Shown: positions 58,347 to 64,000 of the stretch, piece by piece
How positions within the stretch are numbered: the first letter of the stretch is position 1
Layout of the letters: each line of letters opens with the position of its first letter
Virus record (IMG/VR): IMGVR_UViG_3300023181_000271
Length of the DNA stretch: 64,000 bases
Direction: 5' to 3' (one strand)
Source: a virus
Notes under the pieces: generated by a model
What the model was told of the DNA's origin: nothing
What the model saw: only the letters and a program-made list of their open reading frames with translations
Databases searched by the model: none
Translations under genes and position numbers: made by a program

Positions 58347-59345
58347 TTAAAATTGTGGTTCGTCAGAGGTATCGATCGAGGCGAACGTTGTAGTTTCAAC
58401 AGGCTGACTGATTTGAGCTTCTTCTAATGCCTGGGTAAAATCATCTTTAGCTTGCGGTACCTCCTCGTGATCAACATCTTGGAACGATTGATTTCCAGTT
58501 TCATCAGGATCAAAACCATAATCAACTTCTGATGGCAGAATCTCTTCTTCCATAGCTGGTTCAAGCGTAGAAAACTTACCTGTCGGTACTTTTGGATAGC
58601 TTTTAAAAGCGTGTTTTAAAGTTTTAGCCTTCAGAAAACCAGTATCAATTTGTCCACCATTCGATACATAAAGAGCATTTGATTTATCGCTGGTGGCTGT
58701 GCCATAATTGTTTTTGTTGGAATAAGCACGAAGTCTTTCGACTTCTTTCATATCCAGATAAGGCATTTCAAAACTTCCATCGTGACGTTCAATACGAACA
58801 AAGCATGCTACGATCTTAGCACCGTCAGGACGAGGAAGTTTGGCATCATATTCTTTAGCGACTAATTTGCCTTTGTCGTTGATACCGATTTTGAAGTTAT
58901 CGCAATCATAAACTACGATCGGATTGTCAGCATATTTGATCTGACCAGAACGCATGCGCATTTTTACTTCGCCATAAGGAGAAATAGCAAGCTGTGCGCG
59001 TTTCTCATAAACTGGTTTACCTTCCACTTCACCCACTTTAAAGTTACGGGTAGTGATATAGCAGTCAGGTTTATTTCCCTGCTCTAAGCTTAACTGATTA
59101 ACATTAATATCTAAGAATACACCGTATAACGATAAAGGGCTACATTCCCGTAATACTGGTGTTTCAGATAATAATTTTTTGTAGTTGAATACCTGCAAGT
59201 GATATTCCTGTTCGCCTCGCTCATTACCATTAAACTGGTTGTGTAGGGTGATGAACTTATCTTTTACAAAATCTAATTCCACCAGTTCGATAGCTGGTGT
59301 GGCTTTTAAAGTCGCCATTACGTTTGTTACAACTGCTTTTGACAT
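58347..59345 (-). CDS. RecT-family single-strand annealing protein
   Basis: Conserved blocks (CSPLSLYGVFLDINV, SPYGEVKMRMRSGQI, VACFVRIERHDGSFEMPYLDMKEVERLRAYS) align with RecT core; acidic C-terminal tail. Confidence 0.65.
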   Translation of the reverse strand: MSKAVVTNVMATLKATPAIELVELDFVKDKFITLHNQFNGNERGEQEYHLQVFNYKKLLSETPVLRECSPLSLYGVFLDINVNQLSLEQGNKPDCYITTRNFKVGEVEGKPVYEKRAQLAISPYGEVKMRMRSGQIKYADNPIVVYDCDNFKIGINDKGKLVAKEYDAKLPRPDGAKIVACFVRIERHDGSFEMPYLDMKEVERLRAYSNKNNYGTATSDKSNALYVSNGGQIDTGFLKAKTLKHAFKSYPKVPTGKFSTLEPAMEEEILPSEVDYGFDPDETGNQSFQDVDHEEVPQAKDDFTQALEEAQISQPVETTTFASIDTSDEPQF

Positions 59346-59346
59346 G

Positions 59347-59538
59347 TTAATTTTTATTTATAGGTGCAAGGTGATACTTGATTAAATTGTTGGTGACCGG
59401 GATAATGGTCTGAATGTTAAAGGATCTATCCGGGAGGTGCAGTTGATTCCTAATTTCTAAGGCCCATCGGTTAAAGCCTTCTGTGGAGCGATCGTAATCA
59501 ATGGGAACAATCGTTCTATTAATATATAATCTTCCCAT
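59347..59538 (-). CDS. Hypothetical small protein
   Basis: 63-aa ORF. Confidence 0.3.
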   Translation of the reverse strand: MGRLYINRTIVPIDYDRSTEGFNRWALEIRNQLHLPDRSFNIQTIIPVTNNLIKYHLAPINKN

Positions 59539-59708
59539 TACGCTGCCCTCCTTTCTGTTTCATTACGTTCATCGAATACATCCTTGCATGATAGTTCGCA
59601 AAAGATGTGGCCGGCACTGTAGAATTTCTCGTGTGCAAATGGCTGTTTGCATTCAAAGCATACCTTATGTTTTGAAATCTGGTAGGTTGTGGTTACTTTT
59701 GACATTGG
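59538..59708 (-). CDS. Small C4 zinc-ribbon protein (not in ORF track, 56 aa)
   Basis: Manual translation MSKVTTTYQISKHKVCFECKQPFAHEKFYSAGHIFCELSCKD...; fills gap between annotated ORFs. Confidence 0.3.
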   Translation of the reverse strand, partial: PMSKVTTTYQISKHKVCFECKQPFAHEKFYSAGHIFCELSCKDVFDERNETERRAA

Positions 59709-60029
59709 TTCTTATTTTTAGTGGTTTATTTAGCTACTTTAAGTAAGGGAGCGTCTATTGACAGTAGGCGCTTCTTTTCCTTTACAATCTTTTCATTGTG
59801 AGCAGCGATAAACTCTAACCTCCAATTTCTCCAGAACTCCTCTGTAAAAACTGTGGACGATTGTTTATCTGTGACTACTCGCATTTATTCTTTACTTAGC
59901 GGTTTTACTGATTGGTGAACGTAGTCATCGGTAATGCCGACGATATCGTTAATGCGTTCAATTTTGGAAAGGAAGAAGTTTCTCATTTGAAGAAGCTCTT
60001 CTTCCAGCTCCTTAATTCTTTTTTGATCT

Positions 60030-60272
60030 TTAGTTTGCATCTGCTAGTGTTTTATCCTTGCTCCTACTTACTATTACCGCTGAATTATCAGCATTGAAGT
60101 TTACACTGTATTCCCTTAATGGGTGCCTATCCTTGATAGTGCTACTTACCATTGTTCGCAGATATTTTTCTCTTTCAGGGGGAAACGCTAACTCATATCC
60201 TTCTTTAATTCCTTCTACCAATTTGACCGCGGATACACCTGGTATTGGCTGTGCTAACTGTAGTATCTCCAT
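60030..60272 (-). CDS. Hypothetical early protein
   Basis: 80-aa ORF. Confidence 0.3.
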   Translation of the reverse strand: MEILQLAQPIPGVSAVKLVEGIKEGYELAFPPEREKYLRTMVSSTIKDRHPLREYSVNFNADNSAVIVSRSKDKTLADAN

Positions 60273-60277
60273 AAATT

Positions 60278-60541
60278 TTAATTAACTAATGACAATGCTT
60301 TTGCTGCATATTCAGACAACTCTGCCTTACATCTACAGCCTGTTTTTCTTCTGATATTGACAGAGGTATTTACCACCGTTCGGTAGCTGATATGTAGCAC
60401 CTCCGCTATAAGTTTGTCCGATAATGAAATCAGCGCCAAAACTTCTTTTTCTCTCCTGCTCAACCCTGGGTCGATGAGAATATCATACGGCTTTTCTACT
60501 AGGCCGATAATTAATGTTGATTTATTTTGTACAGTTATCAT
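60278..60541 (-). CDS. LuxR/GerE-type HTH regulator (first gene of leftward early operon; Cro-like role candidate)
   Basis: LSRREKEVLALISLSDKLIAEVLHISYRTVVNTSVNIRRK = LuxR C-terminal HTH; divergent from repressor. Confidence 0.6.
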   Translation of the reverse strand: MITVQNKSTLIIGLVEKPYDILIDPGLSRREKEVLALISLSDKLIAEVLHISYRTVVNTSVNIRRKTGCRCKAELSEYAAKALSLVN

Positions 60542-60714
60542 TTTGGTAGGTTGTTACTATATGTGAGTTCTGAATTAATAAGTACCTTTGTTATTGTTAG
60601 GTAACACAAATATACCTGTTTTAGATATATATCCAAATATATATTATAACCAAAACAGATATATTTTATAAATACCTGATTTACAGTATTATAATTTTTA
60701 ATTATATAACCATT
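60542..60714. promoter_or_regulatory. Divergent promoter/operator region of immunity switch
   Basis: AT-rich 173-bp region with repeated TAGGT(A/T)..AC half-sites and a 17-bp imperfect inverted repeat CTGTTTTAGATATATAT / ATATATTATAACCAAAACAG. Confidence 0.5.
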
Positions 60715-61479
60715 TTGGATATTAATAATTACATAGTTAAAGCATTCAAGGAGAGTAACATCAAGCAAAAAGACGTTATTAAGGATTTAGGTATTCCTCA
60801 ATCATATGCTTCTGCCTTAATGAATGGCAAGAGATCTATAGGTAAGGAAATGGCTGAGAAATTAAGTTCATTATATGGTTTTGATAAACTAGCATTATTG
60901 ACAAGTGAAATATCTACGGTGCCAGTAATCGAAGCTAAACCGATACGGTTAGCCGACCCCGAAGGATTAGAAGCGACAGGAGACAGATTTTATAGATTGC
61001 CAGATGACACAATTATTATGCAGACGCCCGTTATACCCTATAAAGCTTACGCCAGCTATTTAAGAGGACATAGTGATCCTGAATTTTACGAAGGGCTGGA
61101 AACATTACCGGTACCAGTTGATAAAAATCACAAAGGTGCATATTTGATATGGGAGATTGGCGGAGAAAGCATGGTTAATATAACCTCATTTGAAATGGCC
61201 AGAAAAAGCATTTGGCCGGGGCAAAAAGTTATAGGCAGGGAATTAAGAAGAGAGCACTGGAAATATAAACTACATATAAACACAACTGATTGCTGGATCA
61301 TAGTTCACCGTGAGAGAGGTATTGTGTTGAAGGAAATAACTGAACATAACATCGATACTGGAGAAATACTACTTCATTCATGGAATCCAGATAAGAAAGA
61401 ACATCCAGATTATGCTGTATTCCTAGACGAAGTTGATCAAATCTTCAATGTAGTGGACCCTTACGGGAAAATAAGATAA
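60715..61479 (+). CDS. cI-like prophage repressor (XRE HTH + S24 LexA-like peptidase domain), apparent TTG start
   Basis: N-terminal HTH IKQKDVIKDLGIPQSYASALMNGKRS; C-terminal GGESM Ser nucleophile motif and downstream Lys of S24 family. Confidence 0.8.
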   Translation: MDINNYIVKAFKESNIKQKDVIKDLGIPQSYASALMNGKRSIGKEMAEKLSSLYGFDKLALLTSEISTVPVIEAKPIRLADPEGLEATGDRFYRLPDDTIIMQTPVIPYKAYASYLRGHSDPEFYEGLETLPVPVDKNHKGAYLIWEIGGESMVNITSFEMARKSIWPGQKVIGRELRREHWKYKLHINTTDCWIIVHRERGIVLKEITEHNIDTGEILLHSWNPDKKEHPDYAVFLDEVDQIFNVVDPYGKIR

Positions 61480-61488
61480 TATATAATT

Positions 61489-62052
61489 ATGAAAATAAAA
61501 TTATTAACACTCTCCCTGGTTTTGATCTCATCATTGTCTTACGGGCAATTTTTTAAGATCACAACTGGTGGTTTTATTAATGAGGCTGACACAAGCAAGA
61601 ATTTTTATGTGATGGATCACACGAAGTTAACTAAGTCTGAATTATATAAAAAGTCTTTAATCTACTTCAACGGACTATTTGCTTCACCTAAAGATGTGAT
61701 CAGTACTGTCCAGGATGAAAGCATAACCCTGAACTTTGTTGAAAGGTATAAAATCGTGATGGGTTATTTATGGAATGTAAATATGAGTTATACATTCAAC
61801 TTTAAAGACGGTAAGGTAAAAGTATCGGCTCCTTACATTAATAAGATTTACAATGATGGGTTAGGCAATATATCGATCAATGTAAATGGCCGACCTGAGA
61901 ATTACCCTATTTACAAAAGAAACGGCAAAGGCGAAATTAGAGGCTCAGATGGATTAAAGACAAAAACTATACTAGAAGGTAAGGCGAATCAATTTGTACT
62001 ATCTTACATAAATGATCTTATTGGTGATCCAATTAAAAAAGATAGCTGGTAA
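61489..62052 (+). CDS. Secreted protein co-transcribed with repressor (lysogenic-conversion/moron candidate)
   Basis: Signal peptide MKIKLLTLSLVLISSLSYGQ; 187 aa. Confidence 0.5.
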   Translation: MKIKLLTLSLVLISSLSYGQFFKITTGGFINEADTSKNFYVMDHTKLTKSELYKKSLIYFNGLFASPKDVISTVQDESITLNFVERYKIVMGYLWNVNMSYTFNFKDGKVKVSAPYINKIYNDGLGNISINVNGRPENYPIYKRNGKGEIRGSDGLKTKTILEGKANQFVLSYINDLIGDPIKKDSW

Positions 62053-62234
62053 TGAAAGAAGAATCAGAATCTGACAGACTGCAGCGATTGAGTGATGAAG
62101 AATTTGCCCGTACCGGTGTATTCAATGCAAATTTCAAGATGGATATCACGATCACGGAAAATGATATGATCAAAGACCTGGTAAACAAAACAGCAGGTAA
62201 AAATATAAAGATTGATAAACCAAACAATAACTAA
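62052..62234 (+). CDS. Hypothetical small acidic protein
   Basis: 60-aa ORF. Confidence 0.25.
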   Translation: MKEESESDRLQRLSDEEFARTGVFNANFKMDITITENDMIKDLVNKTAGKNIKIDKPNNN

Positions 62235-62628
62235 ACTAATGGCAACGATAGATAAACAAATTAAAATGCAAATGGCTGCTCGGTTTAAACAATTTCGAGA
62301 GGAAGAAGGACTCAGTCAGGATGCTATTGCTGAAAAGACCAGTACACCCAGGAGTAATATATCTAAATATGATAACGGATCTTATAACCTACCAATTGAC
62401 TTCATTTTAGATTTGAAGAAATATTATAGGTTGAGCATTGATTGGCTGTTTACAGGCGAAGGATCACATAAAAGTGAAGTGGTTAAAAACAACACTTTGG
62501 TAACAGATATAAAGACGTTAAATGATAATAATATATATCTGCATGCTGAACTTAAATCATTGAAAAAGGAATTTTATAAGATGCATGCTGATTTTTACGA
62601 ACTTAAAAATACATTTAAGGCAGGTTAA
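62212..62628 (+). CDS. XRE-family HTH regulator (WLFTGEG type)
   Basis: LSQDAIAEKTSTPRSNISKYDNG ... IDWLFTGEG; probable start MATIDKQ (62239). Confidence 0.6.
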   Translation: MINQTITKLMATIDKQIKMQMAARFKQFREEEGLSQDAIAEKTSTPRSNISKYDNGSYNLPIDFILDLKKYYRLSIDWLFTGEGSHKSEVVKNNTLVTDIKTLNDNNIYLHAELKSLKKEFYKMHADFYELKNTFKAG

Positions 62629-62646
62629 AATCTCCTGCCTTTTTTA
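62617..62646. terminator. Bidirectional terminator between HTH gene and integrase
   Basis: Hairpin AAGGCAGG-ttaaaatctc-CTGCCTT followed by T6. Confidence 0.55.
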
Positions 62647-63863
62647 AACTCGGTTTCTTGAGTATTAATTCCCAGATCACGCATGTAGATCATAGTTGTA
62701 GCCAGATCCCGGTGCCGGAAGAGTTTCATAATTTTATGCAGATCTTCTCCATCCTCCCCTAAATGCACAGCCCTGGTATGCTTGTAACAATATATACCAT
62801 CACGATCTCCTAGATTTAAAGCTGTCTTGTAGGGTTTAAATAACCGCCTGAAGTAATCATCCCCTACTTTAGTTTCACCACCTAAGAACGCTCCATCCCG
62901 GTTCCTTGCAAAAACATAATCGTTTGAAGGCATCTGATCAATTTTCAATTCAAGTAGTAATTCCCTAAAATCTGGATAGATAGGTATGTATTCGGTTTTC
63001 CTATTCTTAGCGGTTCCACTGAGAACACGTAATGTGTTTTGCTTAAAGTTAATATCACCAGCTTTTACCCTGTTACCTTCCGATACATTTCGCAGGCCGG
63101 CATAATAGATGAAGCTGCAAAATGTATACAGCAATGTATCACCATTTTCCTGCATCATTTCTTTGAGTTGTTTAAACTCCCAATCATTTAATGCCTTGTT
63201 CCCAGGTCGGTCTACCCTTGCCCGGCTTAAGGTAAGGGTGGGTACTTTATCAATATAATCATCATAGTTATTGTAAAAATAATTGAAGAAGGTAGTGATA
63301 TCTGTCAGATAGTGATTATAGGTTTTTCCGGACCAGTTACGTTGCAGCTTATAGTAGGTCATGAAATCCAACACATGCGCTTTTTTTATATCTCGCAGCA
63401 ATACCTGATCATATTCATTCTTGATCAGCCAATTCTTAAAAAGGTTTAGTTCGAGTGAATACTTATGCATAGTGGTTTTCTTGACTGTGATTTCAGCCAG
63501 GTACTTATCTATGCAAATTGAAATTGTGCGCTGTTTGTTGAGTAAATTTTGAAGTGGCCGATATTCCTCAAAGGGTGACCATCCTTGTTTTAAAAGATCA
63601 GTAAGCTCATTTTTAAAACCCTTACCGTATTCTCTTCTTTCAGTTTTGGTTTTGAATTGATTGAATCCAAAATTATATCTAAATCTTTCGTATTTCCCAG
63701 TTAATGGATGTTGATATTTAATCCAAACGAACCAGTCTTTAGTAAGATCACCATTCTTTGGTTCATAAATAAAAGGGCCTTCCCACTTCGTTTTCAAATT
63801 CTCAGGTTTGTCAGTTTGGTCTGTTAATTGGTCAGCCGCAATATTAATGCGACTGACAATCAA
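62625..63863 (-). CDS. Tyrosine-type site-specific integrase (TTG start)
   Basis: C-terminal catalytic region with HTRAVHL ... FRHRDLATTMIYM (HxxR ... Y); adjacent to attR/ssrA. Confidence 0.9.
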   Translation of the reverse strand: MIVSRINIAADQLTDQTDKPENLKTKWEGPFIYEPKNGDLTKDWFVWIKYQHPLTGKYERFRYNFGFNQFKTKTERREYGKGFKNELTDLLKQGWSPFEEYRPLQNLLNKQRTISICIDKYLAEITVKKTTMHKYSLELNLFKNWLIKNEYDQVLLRDIKKAHVLDFMTYYKLQRNWSGKTYNHYLTDITTFFNYFYNNYDDYIDKVPTLTLSRARVDRPGNKALNDWEFKQLKEMMQENGDTLLYTFCSFIYYAGLRNVSEGNRVKAGDINFKQNTLRVLSGTAKNRKTEYIPIYPDFRELLLELKIDQMPSNDYVFARNRDGAFLGGETKVGDDYFRRLFKPYKTALNLGDRDGIYCYKHTRAVHLGEDGEDLHKIMKLFRHRDLATTMIYMRDLGINTQETEFKKGRRF

Positions 63864-63874
63864 CGTTTTAAGAG

Positions 63875-63903
63875 TGGAGCCGAAGGGGTTCGAACCCTTG
63901 TCC
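63875..63903. repeat. attR: ssrA 3'-terminal core reconstituted at prophage junction
   Basis: Direct repeat of 6260-6288. Confidence 0.8.
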
Positions 63904-64000
63904 AGTTGTGTGGCAAATTATGCCTTCTACATGCTTATTTTCCACTTTGTTTTCGGGATCAGACGGGCCGGAAACCTACCTTGCCTTTCTCCTTAGGTAC
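63875..64000 (-). ncRNA. ssrA: tmRNA (ssrA), 3' ~125 nt; gene continues beyond window
   Basis: Minus-sense ...UAAGCAUGUAGAAGGCAUAAUUUGCCACACAACUGGACAAGGGUUCGAACCCCUUCGGCUCCA: tRNA-like T-arm/acceptor, CGGCUCCA terminus and the conserved AAGCAUGUAG block as in E. coli tmRNA. Confidence 0.7.

Larger units (their letters stand above)
6260..63903 (-). mobile_element. Intact siphovirus-like prophage (~57.6 kb) integrated in the 3' end of ssrA
   Basis: Bounded by direct repeats of tmRNA 3' end; contains integrase, cI-like repressor, replication, recombination, terminase, portal, capsid, tail, tape measure and lysis genes in canonical order. Confidence 0.85.

Noticed and set aside
63808-63996. 62-aa plus-strand ORF at right edge
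   Set aside because: Lies antisense to the integrase 5' end and the ssrA gene; artefact of translating the tmRNA strand

Overview
This window is a Bacteroidota-type chromosomal segment (inferred from TTG/alt-start usage, weak SD and signal-peptide style). It holds two ordinary host genes, a short decayed accessory island, and one large intact siphovirus-like prophage of about 57.6 kb (6260-63903). The host genes are a thioredoxin-like oxidoreductase and the catalase-peroxidase KatG with a clean terminator. The accessory stretch (about 3350-6259) carries a truncated FRG-domain gene, a HigB/HigA toxin-antitoxin pair, a Fic protein and a degenerate copy of the ssrA 3' end; it looks like the remnant of an older element. 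The prophage is integrated into the 3' end of the tmRNA gene ssrA, whose 3' approx 125 nt lie at the right edge on the minus strand. It is bounded by a 22-29 bp direct repeat of the ssrA terminus (attL 6260-6288, attR 63875-63903), with a tyrosine integrase abutting attR. Almost all prophage genes are on the minus strand. In coordinate order (opposite to transcription) they run: a lysis cassette; a tail module with a 1711-aa tape-measure protein, a G/GT-type -1 frameshift chaperone, an SGNH-esterase tail fibre and a Sec-signal beta-helix protein; head-tail connector, major capsid, scaffold, head-morphogenesis, portal and terminase genes; two phage tRNAs (Trp-CCA, Gln-UUG); a long early region with YopX, RecT, an SNF2 helicase, ASCH, DUF559-like and PD-(D/E)xK-like proteins and a replication initiator carrying internal iterons; and a divergent immunity region with a cI-like HTH+S24 repressor, a LuxR-type HTH gene, a secreted moron and an XRE-family HTH. 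The most unusual content is a six-gene cassette at 46621-50974. It pairs a ThiF/E1-like protein with a PAPS-reductase-like PP-loop protein, a 73-aa ubiquitin-sized protein, a Lys/Glu-rich acidic protein and two unknowns; its sizes and order resemble PRTRC (ParB-related/ThiF-related cassette) systems with ParB replaced by a PP-loop enzyme. There are also two phage-specific non-coding repeat families: an ATGTTCT...AGAACAT operator-like motif in five copies, and a 95-bp upstream element in two copies with an inverted palindromic core. No CRISPR array, IS element or rRNA was seen.
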